Of a DNA stretch of 64,000 nt, positions 1 through 9,358 are shown one piece after another. Positions within the stretch are counted from its first letter, which is position 1. Each line of letters begins with the position of its first letter. The stretch is from an uncultured delta proteobacterium (GTDB taxonomy: Bacteria; Desulfobacterota; Binatia; UBA9968). The stretch lies in assembly GCA_963755715.1 (NCBI GenBank), contig CAVWLW010000030.1, forward strand, positions 32,001 through 96,000. The letters are read 5' to 3'. The notes under the pieces are model-generated. The model made no database searches. It was not told where the DNA came from and saw nothing but the letters and a program-made list of their open reading frames with translations. The translations under genes were made by a program, and so were the position numbers.

Positions 1-1842
1 GTGGACCAAGTTCCGCGCGGAGAAAATTGGCTGCACGAAATAAAATTCGACGGCTATCGAATTCTTGGCCGCATCGATGATGGCCGAGGTTTCATTGTTG
101 ACTCGAGAAGCGCACGACTGGACCTCAGCGCTTTAAGATATGCGCGAATGCGCTTAAGAATTTGCCGGGGCGTCAGGCATTTCTCGACGGCGAGATCGTC
201 GCGCTCAAAGAAGACGGCACCAGTGATTTTCAGCTTTTGCAAAACTCACTGAAGGAACATGCGCCGGTCAAGCTCGTTTATTTCATTTTCGATCTGCTTT
301 ATTTAGACGGCCGGGACCTTACCGCTTTGCCGCTCCTCGCGCGCAAAGAGGCGCTGGCAAAACTTCTCGGCGCTAAGACCCAAGCGGCCGCGTCCGATCT
401 CATCCGTTATAGCGACCATTGGATTGGCCAGGGTGACGAGCTTTTCGACAAGGCCTGCCAAACCGGACTCGAGGGGATTATTTCGAAGAGACTCGATCAG
501 CCTTATCGTCCTGGCCGCAGCCGCGATTGGTTAAAAATCAAATGTGTGCACAGCCAGGAGTTTGTCATCGCCGGATTCACCGATCCGGCCGGTTCACGTT
601 CAGGATTCGGCGCGCTAGTGCTCGGTGTTTATGACGATAATAAATCTTTACATTATGCGGGGCGTGTCGGCACCGGGTTTACCGAAACAAGTTTACGGGA
701 TTTGCGCGCGCGTATGGACAAACTGGTAGTCCGCTCGTCACCCTTTACCGAAGCGCTGCCACGTGGGCAAGCCAAAGGTGTCCACTGGATAAAGCCCAAG
801 CTCGTCGGCGAAGTAGCGTTCACCGGTTGGACCAAAGACAAGCTGCTGCGCCATCCGTCCTTCAAGGGGCTCCGGGAAGATAAACCGGCGGCCAAAGTTC
901 AGCGCGAAGAAGAAGCTCCCACTGCCAAAGTCGCCACCTCGCGTAAGGGTGCCAACGTGGAAATTGAGATTGCCGGAATCAAGCTGACCCATCCCGACCG
1001 TATTCTCTACCCCGAGCAAGGAATAACCAAGCTCGATCTCGCACGCTATTATGAAACAGTCGCCGACTCGATGCTGACGACATGTCGCTGGACGGCCGCT
1101 GACGCTGGTCCGCTGCCCCGAAGGATATACAAAACAATGCTTTTACCAACGCCACATCAGCGAAACGCTCGACCCGGCGATTCGCGCCATCCGCGTTAAA
1201 GAAAAAAAATCCACGGCTTCTTACGTGGCGATCGATTCTCTATCCGGGCTGATCGCGCTCGTACAAATGGGAGTTTTGGAGATCCACACTTGGGGGGCGC
1301 GCGCGCCAACCATCGAGCAACCGGACCAACTGATTTTCGATCTCGATCCCGACCCGGCGGTTTCATGGCCTGCGCTCAAAGAAGCCGCGCTGATGCTCAA
1401 GACGCGCTTAACCGATCTCGGTCTGAAACCCTTTCTAAAGACCACCGGCGGCAAAGGACTCCACGTCGTCGTGCCGATCACGCCCAAACAGGATTGGGCG
1501 TTCGTCAAGGAATTTACCAAGGCTGTGGCGCAAAGCCTCGTCCGTGAGAAACCCGATCGGTATATAGCGACCATGTCCAAGGCAAAGCGCAAGGGAAAGA
1601 TCTTCATCGACTATCTGCGCAACGCCAAAACGGCCACCGCGGTATGCGCTTATTCCACGCGCGCGCGCCCCGGCGCGCCGGTTTCACTGCCGCTACGCTG
1701 GGACGAACTCAAAAAAGATCCACGCGGCGACTTCACCATCGAGACGGTGCCCAAGCGCCTCGCCCGTTTGCGCAACGATCCTTGGAATGGCTATGAGCGC
1801 GCCCGCAAGCCACTCACCGCGAACATGCTGAAAAAACTATGA
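1..1842 (+). CDS. ligD: NHEJ ATP-dependent DNA ligase LigD (ligase + polymerase/primase domains); 5'-partial, frameshifted
   Basis: HEIKFDGYR adenylation motif, LDGEIV, GLEGIISK, WLKIKC and LRHPSFKGLREDK in the ligase domain; LTHPDRILYP, FDLDPD, KTTGGKGLHVVVP and IFIDYLRN in the Pol domain. Frame changes near 90, 127 and 1080; frame 1 from 1081 reads HVAGRPLTLVRCPEG...CFYQRH into the 1225..1842 ORF. Confidence 0.93.
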
Positions 1843-2196
1843 TCGCTGCTTCGCAGATTTTCTGGTTCGCAAATAACACCGACGCCTGAATCAAGATCGC
1901 GCTGCCTCACCACAGACAATCGGCGATGAGCCACTGAGAACATGACTCGCTAAATTCGCTCACGGTTTAAGCGCGCAATTGTTTCTTTCTTCGACCCCAC
2001 CCGCTATTTTCGTCTGCATCTTCCTACCACATAGTCCTGTTTTCAGGACATATCTTTAGTCGCCCGCAGGCTAGAAATCTCCCGGCTGTGTCACTTGTGG
2101 GAGAATTTCATTCAGCCGTACCGAGTTTGGGACAAAATCATCTTCTCTTCCGCGGTCTTGTCGAGGAAGAAACCATCAGATTTTCTTGTCGGGTTA

Positions 2197-2211
2197 TGGC
2201 ATATCGATTGC
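2197..2211 (+). promoter_or_regulatory. sigma54 -24/-12 promoter
   Basis: TGGCATATCGATTGC (GG-N10-GC), 30 nt before the ATG at 2242. Confidence 0.7.
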
Positions 2212-2241
2212 GTTTTTATTGCAACAAGGGGGAGTCTTTTC

Positions 2242-2589
2242 ATGAGAGCGGTCTGTTGGAACGGCAAGAAAGATGTCCGTGTCGAAACCGTGCCCGACCC
2301 CGAGATCATCAACCCGCGTGACGCGATCATAAAAACCGAGCTCACTGCGATTTGCGGTTCCGATCTACACCTGTACAGCGGCAACATCCCGACTATGAAA
2401 GCGGGCGATATTTTGGGGCATGAATTTCTCGGCGAAGTCGTCGAGGTCGGACGCGGCGTGAGTAATCTACAAATGGGCGACCGAGTGATCGTGCTGTTCC
2501 CTATCGCGTGCGGCAATTGTTACTACTGTGCGCACGAATTATTTTCTTTTTGCGACAACAACCTTCCGGCCCTCGGCCGAAGCGCGTAG
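2242..2589 (+). pseudogene. Truncated Zn-dependent alcohol/formaldehyde dehydrogenase (N-terminal GroES-like domain only)
   Basis: [32 protein letters not shown] and CGNCYYC motifs after a GGAG RBS. Stops at about 115 aa; the SDR gene starts 72 nt later, so the Rossmann domain is absent. Confidence 0.8.
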
Positions 2590-2660
2590 GGAAACGCCGG
2601 CGTGGGCCAGAAAGCGCAACGCCCCAAGATCTCGTTTAGTTCATCAAGGGAGTTTATTCG

Positions 2661-3743
2661 ATGGAAAACGCAATGACGCCTAATTCACAATCGACCCTGC
2701 CCTTAGTGGCCAAACTCGGACTGATCGGTGCGCTTGGCGCCGCGGCGATCTATGCGGCGCGCCAAAGACGCCGCATGGATTTCGCCGGCAAGACGGTTCT
2801 CATCTCCGGTGCGTCGCGCGGACTGGGCCTGGAACTGGCCCGCGCTTTTGCGGACGAAGGCGCCGATCTCGTGCTTCTCGCCCGGGACCCAAACAAGTTG
2901 ATGCACACAGCCGAAGAACTCCGCAGCCGCGGCACCAAGGTTCTGGCCCACGTTTGTGACGTGCGCGATCAGCGCCAAGTGCATGATAGCGTAGCGACGA
3001 TACTCAGTGAAACCCGCAGAGTCGACGTCTTGATCAATAACGCGGGCACGATTCAAGTCGGGCCCGTCGAGAATATGGACTTCAAGGATTTCGAAAGCGC
3101 CATGGGCGTGCATTTCTGGGGTCCGCTCTATCTCATGCAGGAAATTATTCCGCACATGAAGGCTCACGGTGGCGGCCGCATTGTAAATATCGCTTCGATC
3201 GGCGGCAAAGTGGCCGTGCCCCATTTATTGCCGTATGCGGCGAGTAAATTTGCTCTAGTCGGCCTTTCGGAAGGAATGCGGGCGGAACTGCTCAAGGATG
3301 GCATCTACGTGACTACGGTTTGTCCCGGATTGATGCGCACAGGCTCTCATTTGAACGCCTTTTTTAAAGGACAACACAAAAAGGAATACGCCTTGTTCGC
3401 GATCGCCAATGCTTCGCCGGCGTTATCCATCGCCTCCGAACGGGCTGCGCGTGAAATCATCGAGGCCTGCCGTTACGGCAAGGCTGAAATCACGATTACA
3501 CCGCAAGCGCGTTTGCTTCGCCTCATCAATGGAGTTTTTCCGTCGTTGATCTCGGAGGCGTTCGGCTTTGTCAGTCGAATTCTGCCGCGCCCGCGCGAGT
3601 ACACGGGAAATCGCCTGCAAGAGGGTTGGCAGAGCAGATCAGCGCTGGCGCCTTCGTTGTTGACGCGACCGGCGGATCGCGCAGCCGCGCGCAATAACGA
3701 GTTGCCCGAAGCGGAAGCCGCACAAATATCGGGAGCTGGGTGA
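2661..3743 (+). CDS. SDR family oxidoreductase with N-terminal membrane anchor
   Basis: SGASRGLG, NNAG, NIASIGG and YAASK motifs; hydrophobic N-terminal segment. Confidence 0.9.
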   Translation: MENAMTPNSQSTLPLVAKLGLIGALGAAAIYAARQRRRMDFAGKTVLISGASRGLGLELARAFADEGADLVLLARDPNKLMHTAEELRSRGTKVLAHVCDVRDQRQVHDSVATILSETRRVDVLINNAGTIQVGPVENMDFKDFESAMGVHFWGPLYLMQEIIPHMKAHGGGRIVNIASIGGKVAVPHLLPYAASKFALVGLSEGMRAELLKDGIYVTTVCPGLMRTGSHLNAFFKGQHKKEYALFAIANASPALSIASERAAREIIEACRYGKAEITITPQARLLRLINGVFPSLISEAFGFVSRILPRPREYTGNRLQEGWQSRSALAPSLLTRPADRAAARNNELPEAEAAQISGAG

Positions 3744-3845
3744 AGCAACACAACTGTCACAAGAAACCAGTCGCAGCGGCTTGCTAGCGCGCTGTTGCTT
3801 TTGCCTGCATCCTGCTCGCAAACCATCACTCCGGAGGAAGCGATC

Positions 3846-4283
3846 ATGAATGCATTAGAGCTCTTGAAGCGCGACCATGACGCGATCACGGCTTTGCTTG
3901 CCAGCGCAAATGTTTACGTGGATATGAAACGACTTTTCGAAAGAATAAAAAGCGAGCTCGAAATTCACGCCCATATCGAGGAGACGGCTTTCTATCCCAT
4001 ACTGCAAAACCACGAGCTGCTCAAAGATCTCGCGCGCGATGCCAGAGCGCAGCATGCACTGATCAAAGAACTGCTCTCCGACTTGGAAAAACAAGAAGGC
4101 GCGGAATTTGAAAAAAATTTCCAGGCGCTCAAAGCCGAGGTCCAGCTGCACTTCACCGAGGAAGAGAATGAAATATTTCCGCAGGTGACGAGCCTGAAAG
4201 GCGGTCCCGATTTAGGCCGGCTCGCTGAACAATTGGCGACGAACAAGAAAGAATATCAATCGACGCAGGGATCCTTAGCCTAA
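3846..4283 (+). CDS. Hemerythrin HHE cation-binding domain protein (copy 1)
   Basis: MNALELLKRDH, HAHIEETAFYP, QH and HFTEEENEIFP; GGAGG RBS before ATG 3846. Confidence 0.85.
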   Translation: MNALELLKRDHDAITALLASANVYVDMKRLFERIKSELEIHAHIEETAFYPILQNHELLKDLARDARAQHALIKELLSDLEKQEGAEFEKNFQALKAEVQLHFTEEENEIFPQVTSLKGGPDLGRLAEQLATNKKEYQSTQGSLA

Positions 4284-4407
4284 GATTCGCCGCAAACTGT
4301 CGGCATAATGTTACAGCGTCTCGGCTTTTCGTTCGCTTTATCCAACAGAGAACCGATCGATAAAAGATAATCCCGCATAGCCATTGATTTTGTCACGCAA
4401 ACTTTGC

Positions 4408-4422
4408 TGGCACTGGCTTTGC
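4408..4422 (+). promoter_or_regulatory. sigma54 -24/-12 promoter
   Basis: TGGCACTGGCTTTGC, about 40 nt before ATG 4462. Confidence 0.75.
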
Positions 4423-4461
4423 TCGCTTGCGTTGATGCCGACAAATTTAAGGAGGTTGCTC

Positions 4462-4905
4462 ATGAACGCACTCGAACTGCTGAAGCAGGACCATCGGAAG
4501 GTCAAAGAGTTATTTGATCAAGCGAAAGCTGCCGCGGACGACAAACAGCGCAAGCAAATTTTTGATCGGATTGATACCGAACTGACGATTCACGCGCATA
4601 TCGAAGAGACGCTCTTTTACCCTGAGATGCAACAATACGAAGAGCTTAAGGACATGGTTGAAGAAGCTTTGCAGGAGCATCAGGAAGTTACGACCTTGCT
4701 CGACGAAATTGAAACCATGGAGCCGAACGATGATGAGTTTCAATCATCGCTCGAAGAACTTATGGAAACCGTCGAACACCATGTTCAGGAAGAGGAAGAT
4801 GAGATGTTTCCTCAGGTGCATGAGTTGTGCGACGAGGCAACGCTCGAAAAACTTGGCCAGCAGTTGGAGTCCGCCAAAGGAAAACAGCAACGCCAGGCTA
4901 GTTGA
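4462..4905 (+). CDS. Hemerythrin HHE cation-binding domain protein (copy 2)
   Basis: MNALELLKQDH, HAHIEETLFYP, EH and HHVQEEEDEMFP; AAGGAGG RBS. Confidence 0.9.
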   Translation: MNALELLKQDHRKVKELFDQAKAAADDKQRKQIFDRIDTELTIHAHIEETLFYPEMQQYEELKDMVEEALQEHQEVTTLLDEIETMEPNDDEFQSSLEELMETVEHHVQEEEDEMFPQVHELCDEATLEKLGQQLESAKGKQQRQAS

Positions 4906-4957
4906 CCGTGGCGCGTGCCGGCTGCGAGCGTTTTCGTGAGAGGAAGAGAGTATTGGT

Positions 4958-5119
4958 ATGGCCAAACAAGATTGCGCTCACCCCGATTGTGACTGCGTGG
5001 TTCAAGATAACAGCGGCATTACGCAAGGCAACGACACTTACTGTAGCAGCTACTGCGCCAAAGCCGGCCCATCGAGTCAATCGAAAGAATGTGAGTGTGG
5101 CCATGCCGACTGTGAGTAG
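4958..5119 (+). CDS. Bacterial metallothionein-like protein (53 aa; not in the ORF track)
   Basis: Hand translation gives MAKQDCAHPDCDCVVQDNSGITQGNDTYCSSYCAKAGPSSQSKECECGHADCE: 8 Cys and 2 His, with the CAHxxCxC, YCSxxCA and CxCGHxxC pattern of SmtA/BmtA-type proteins; purine-rich RBS upstream. Confidence 0.85.
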   Translation: MAKQDCAHPDCDCVVQDNSGITQGNDTYCSSYCAKAGPSSQSKECECGHADCE

Positions 5120-5182
5120 GGACAGCGCTCGGCAAAGGCCGGCAGCTTCATTCCACATGCACATGGTGTCGCCGATGAATCA

Positions 5183-6598
5183 TTAAAACATCTCCCGAAG
5201 CGCTTTTTGGGCGGCAAAATAGCCGCACATGCCGTGCACGCCGGCGCCCGGCGGCGTCGACGACGAGCAAAGATAAAGGCCCTTTTTTGACGTCGAATAC
5301 AACTGACGGGTCGGACGAAAAAAAAGTTGTCCGAGCGTAGGCGCGCCGCCACCGATATCGCCGCCGACGAGATTTGCATTGCGCCGCTCTAATTCGTGCG
5401 GCGGAGAAAGGTGGCGCACCAAAACCGTGTCGCGGAAACCCGGTGCGAACCGTTCTATCTGTGCTTCGATTCTTTCACTCGCATCTAGGTGCGAGTTGTT
5501 CGGCACATGACAATAGGCCCAAAGCGTGTGTTTTCCTTGCGGCGCCCGCGAGCTGTCGAAAAGTGACGGCTGAACTAGGAGCACGAAAGGTTTGCGCGCT
5601 TGATAGCCGCGCCAAGCAGCTCGCTCGGAAGCCGCAATCTCCTCCAGAGTTCCACCCAAGTGTACAGTTGCCGCTCGGGAGCATTCTTGCGCCGTCCACG
5701 GCACAGGCTCCCTCAGTGCCCAGTCTATTTTGAAAGCGCCCATACCATAGCGATACTGTTTTAATCTGTTCCGATAAACAGGAGATAGGCCGGGCCCGGC
5801 GATTCTCAGTAGCTGACGTGGCGTAACGTCGCAAAGTGTCACCCGGCAAGGAGGCAGTTCTTCAAGGCGGCGCACCGGCTGATTGAGAAAGACTTCGCCG
5901 CCCAAGGAGCGCAAATAGGAAATCAAAGCATCGGTCAGTTTTTGCGCTCCGCCACTCGCAAGCGGCCAGCCCAGCGCATGAGCCGTCACCGTTAAGACCA
6001 ATCCGAAAGCGGTCGATCCCCAGCTCTCGAGCGGCAACATCGAATGAGCCGCCACTCCGGCAAAGAGCGCCCGGGTTCGGCTGTCGCGAAAAGATCGCTC
6101 GGCAAACCGCCGCGCCGGTTGCATCGCCTGCAATCCAAACCGCGCAAAATTGACGGGATGGCGTGGCCAACGCGGCGGACCCAAAATGTCCCTGCCCAAT
6201 TCGTTCCACTGCGCTGTTAGGGGCGCAAATATTTTGCGATACGCGACTCCATCGACGCCGAGCGCATTCGCGGTGGCTTCGACAGATCGTTCCAACAGGA
6301 TTGCCGTGCCGTCGTCCAGAGGATGGGCGAGAGCCGCGCCCGGTTGGATCCATTCAAGGCCATGCTCGCCCAGAGGCAAAGCGGCAAAAAAAGGCGAGCC
6401 GATGGCCAGAGGATAAACGGAGGAACACAGATCATGGACATAGCCGGGCAGCGTCAGTTCCGCCGAGCGAACGCCGCCGCCGGCGCTTTCGTTGGCCTCA
6501 AACACAGCCACCGACTTGCCCGCTTGAGCGATAACAATTGCCGCAGCGAGTCCATTCGGACCCGAGCCGACCACCACGGCGTCGTAGGAGTCAGCCAC
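5183..6598 (-). CDS. NAD(P)/FAD-dependent oxidoreductase, phytoene-dehydrogenase-related (COG1233 type)
   Basis: VVVGSGPNGLAAA, HDLCSSVYPL and LCSSSTPPGAGVHGMCG motifs. Confidence 0.88.
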   Translation of the reverse strand: MADSYDAVVVGSGPNGLAAAIVIAQAGKSVAVFEANESAGGGVRSAELTLPGYVHDLCSSVYPLAIGSPFFAALPLGEHGLEWIQPGAALAHPLDDGTAILLERSVEATANALGVDGVAYRKIFAPLTAQWNELGRDILGPPRWPRHPVNFARFGLQAMQPARRFAERSFRDSRTRALFAGVAAHSMLPLESWGSTAFGLVLTVTAHALGWPLASGGAQKLTDALISYLRSLGGEVFLNQPVRRLEELPPCRVTLCDVTPRQLLRIAGPGLSPVYRNRLKQYRYGMGAFKIDWALREPVPWTAQECSRAATVHLGGTLEEIAASERAAWRGYQARKPFVLLVQPSLFDSSRAPQGKHTLWAYCHVPNNSHLDASERIEAQIERFAPGFRDTVLVRHLSPPHELERRNANLVGGDIGGGAPTLGQLFFRPTRQLYSTSKKGLYLCSSSTPPGAGVHGMCGYFAAQKALREMF

Positions 6599-6769
6599 GC
6601 GACGGTGCCGTGCTTATCGTGCTTATCGCAGGAAGATAACCCACGCTCGAAGCATACCGCGTGGAATTATTCGCCGGCACAAAAATATTTCGCGTAATCG
6701 TGGCATCGCCACATGAATCGGCGCGCCTTGCGAATCGGAGAAAGTTTCGGCGGGAGTAGCGGTTTTGGG

Positions 6770-7129
6770 TCAAGTTGTGTGTTTGGTTTTGCGCTCTTTG
6801 AGCGAGTCGCGGATGAAATCACCGGCGGCCACCCCGGCGACGCTCGCTGCAGCCGAAATGAACGTCCTGATTAAATGACCGACAACGCTTGTTTTGGGCT
6901 GGTCCGAATGGTTGGACGTTGCTCTGGATTGCAAGGAGCGCCCGACTACCCACCCTAAGAAAGCGCAGACCCCCAATGTCGGCCACGGGCGTGTGCGCAC
7001 GTAATAGGCCGGATTCAACGTCGTAGTCGCCGTCGTTTCAATCTTGTTTTCGAGACGCTCGATTTTGTCGGCGAGCGCAAACCGGGTATTTTCAACTTCG
7101 CGGCGAACATCTTCTAGATTATCGTCCAC
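6770..7129 (-). CDS. DUF3618-like stress-associated small membrane protein
   Basis: VRREVENTRFALADKIERLE N-terminus, a PW + hydrophobic segment, and its position downstream of a DUF1469 gene. Confidence 0.65.
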   Translation of the reverse strand: MDDNLEDVRREVENTRFALADKIERLENKIETTATTTLNPAYYVRTRPWPTLGVCAFLGWVVGRSLQSRATSNHSDQPKTSVVGHLIRTFISAAASVAGVAAGDFIRDSLKERKTKHTT

Positions 7130-7142
7130 GGCCTATCTCCTT

Positions 7143-7563
7143 TTAGTGACCAGTCGCCCTCTCGCGAATATACCGGATGTCCTCTTTCGTGCTGCGCAAA
7201 GTTTTTTCGGGAATGGGCTTCGCTCCTGCCGCCCGGCTCTTGCCGATCAAAATAATGATGCCGCCGATAATACTATACGTCAATCCTACCGCCCCGAGAC
7301 TTCCCCAAAGAGGCAGTACCGTGTACTGCTCCAAGAGAAATACGATCATGAGGGACAAAAAAACGACGCCGATCGCCAGGACAAACGCTCCAATTCCCAA
7401 AGAAACGCTAGCCTTGGCAATCTTGCCAATCTCCTGCTTGGCTTCGAGCTTGGCCGCAGTAAATTCTTTGGTAGACAGAGTTCGCACATCGTGAAAAATT
7501 CCCCGCACCAACTGAAGCACGGTTTCGTTATGGTTGGTTTGGTGAACGTCCTTTCGTCTCCAT
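7143..7563 (-). CDS. Phage_holin_3_6/DUF1469 (YqjE-like) two-TM membrane protein; probable indel just after the start
   Basis: DVRTLSTKEFTAAKLE, two TM helices and PEKTLRSTKED. Strong GGAGGAGGT RBS before ATG 7563, which lies one base out of frame with the body. Confidence 0.75.
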
Positions 7564-8005
7564 ATCGAACTTACCTCCTCCCGACCGGCGCATTATTCAA
7601 AGCGATCAAAATTTTCTATCACTAAATATACAATGATAAGCGACCACGAAGAAAGACCCCGGCTGGCGGCACCATGCCGGACAGAGAATCTAAATTGTTG
7701 GATCCCTCGGGGAACATTTTCGAGTTGTTGGCCAGCGCGCCCATGCGAGAAGCGCTGGCCGCCACTGATTAAAGTTAGTTGGTCACTTTCCTACCACTCC
7801 TCGCCCATACGAAACCCGATTCAATGTTGACCACGTGATTGCCATGATCGGCATTGTCACCAGTCCGTTTCAAGGAAAATTTCGCCGAATCACACACACC
7901 ACCGCCTCGGCACTGAAGCCCAGTTTGCAGAAACTCAATCTGCTCAGCTCAGCGCAATTTACATTTACTGCCGCAGATTTCTTCGTGAACCGCTAGGAAT
8001 GCCGA

Positions 8006-8020
8006 GCAAACTTCACGCCA
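8006..8020 (-). promoter_or_regulatory. sigma54 -24/-12 promoter
   Basis: Minus strand TGGCGTGAAGTTTGC; the nearest clear gene start (7563) is about 430 nt downstream. Confidence 0.5.
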
Positions 8021-8233
8021 TACATGAGTTCCCGGCTAAGTTCTTAAATCTAGAGCGTGAAAGAGTCCCCGGTGAGCAGTCGATCCACTCGTCATGTCCG
8101 AATTTAACCAACTCTTTGTTGATATTTTTCCACAACGACATGATAAAAACGATGATCGTCCGCTACGTTGTGGCGCGAAACGCACCTTCGAGCCACAAGT
8201 GCATGACCTGTCGACGTCAAATAAATTTTTAGA

Positions 8234-8712
8234 TTAATTTTCGCGCAGTCGCGGCAGCACGTGGCGTCCGTATTGCTCAAGGAAGGCAGACTGATCGGGA
8301 CCGGCGGCATGAAAAATCAAATGATCAAAGCCTAAGTCGACATAGCGCCGAGCGAATTTTACGTGAACGTCGGGATCGGCGGAAATACAGACTGACTGTC
8401 GTATCGTGTCGGCGCCGACTGCCTTGCCGTTTTCTTCGGACATTTTGGGCGTATAAATTTTTTCAGTAAACAAAGCTGGAAGGAAAACCCCCGCCCAGTA
8501 GTTTTTCCGGGTGGCGATGGCTTTGGTCTCATCGTCCGTAAAATCGGCCGCGAGCTCGATCATGCGTGGCATCTTGTCTGGATCTTTGCCCGCTTCTTTC
8601 GCGCCCGCGTCAAAGTTCTCGAGCATTTGTCGATAGGTTTCCGAGGTTTCGCCCCCCACGGTGATCAACCCGTCACCGTATTTGCCGGCAACTCGGGCGC
8701 TGTTCGGGCCGC
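8234..8712 (-). pseudogene. C-terminal fragment of an LLM-class (F420-dependent G6PDH-like) oxidoreductase
   Basis: GPNSARVAGKYGDGLITV...FDAGAKEAGKDP...YVDLGFDHLIFHAAGPDQ...VLPRLR. Confidence 0.75.
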
Positions 8713-8865
8713 GGAAAAGGCCGGGTTGCGATTCGATCGATGTCAGCGATCCATTTTCACCCCTGGACAGAGCGGGGCCAAGCCTGCTTTGTATGGACGT
8801 GGCTTGGCGCCGCAGCCGCTAAAACCAATCGCATCATTCTCGGCACGGGAGTGACCTGTCCAATC
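8711..8865 (+). pseudogene. N-terminal fragment of the same LLM-class family, inverted
   Basis: AEKAG / DSIDVSD / HFHPW..GQACFVWTWLGAAAAKTNRIILGTGVTCPI across small frameshifts. Confidence 0.7.
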
Positions 8866-9019
8866 GAAGTAACTTTGCGGCCGCGAACAGCCTCAGCTTC
8901 TATGAGAGTCCATGGCCCGTGGCAGATCGACGCGATCGGCTTTCCCGCGGCAACAAACTCTTTAACGAATGCCACCGCCGGCGGATTCCAACGCCAGTCT
9001 GGTCCGGATTCATGACCCC
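8865..9019 (-). pseudogene. Internal fragment of a PfpI/DJ-1 family protein
   Basis: GVMNPD / AVAFVKEFVAAGKPIASICHGPWTLIEAEAVRGRKVTS, including the nucleophile CHG motif. Confidence 0.75.
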
Positions 9020-9025
9020 GCTAAA

Positions 9026-9125
9026 GCGGATGGAATCGAAGATTCGCCTTCGTCATGACAAAATCAAGCATATCTTCATCGAATCCGACTCGCTAACGCC
9101 GCAAGCCGAGCCGCCATTATCCTGA
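9026..9125 (+). pseudogene. Possible C-terminal remnant of a cation diffusion facilitator
   Basis: RMESKIRLRHDKIKHIFIESDS resembles the end of the CDF cytoplasmic domain. Confidence 0.4.
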
Positions 9126-9264
9126 AATTTTTGGTAGGAGGTTTGTTAGGTCGATATCCTCCTGTCGTTCAGGGATAACACTTCACTCCCATCCGAGGAG
9201 TCTTTTTGTTGTCGAGTTTAGTTTGTAATTTAGCTGAAGATAGAAATGTTTACATCGGGCGTGG

Positions 9265-9279
9265 TGGCACACTCCTTGC
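9265..9279 (+). promoter_or_regulatory. sigma54 -24/-12 promoter
   Basis: TGGCACACTCCTTGC, 80 nt before ATG 9359. Confidence 0.75.
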
Positions 9280-9358
9280 TCTGATTTTTTCAGCCGCTCA
9301 CAGCGAACATGCTTCGATCCTCGAATCGTCATCTGAGGATTGGTTGGCCGGAGTTTGG

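Noticed and set aside
1-1842. Programmed frameshifting or a naturally split LigD
   Set aside because: No slippery heptamer at the breaks, and similar indels occur in unrelated housekeeping genes.
4898-5186. ORF-track calls 4898..5164 (-) and 4902..5186 (+)
   Set aside because: No motifs; the region is better explained by the 4958..5119 metallothionein.
5183-6598. Carotenoid biosynthesis (crtI)
   Set aside because: Belongs to the generic COG1233 subgroup; no crtB/crtE nearby.
7143-7563. Holin-family annotation suggesting a prophage
   Set aside because: The DUF1469/YqjE type commonly pairs with DUF3618/DUF883 in stress loci; no phage structural, integrase or lysin genes are nearby.
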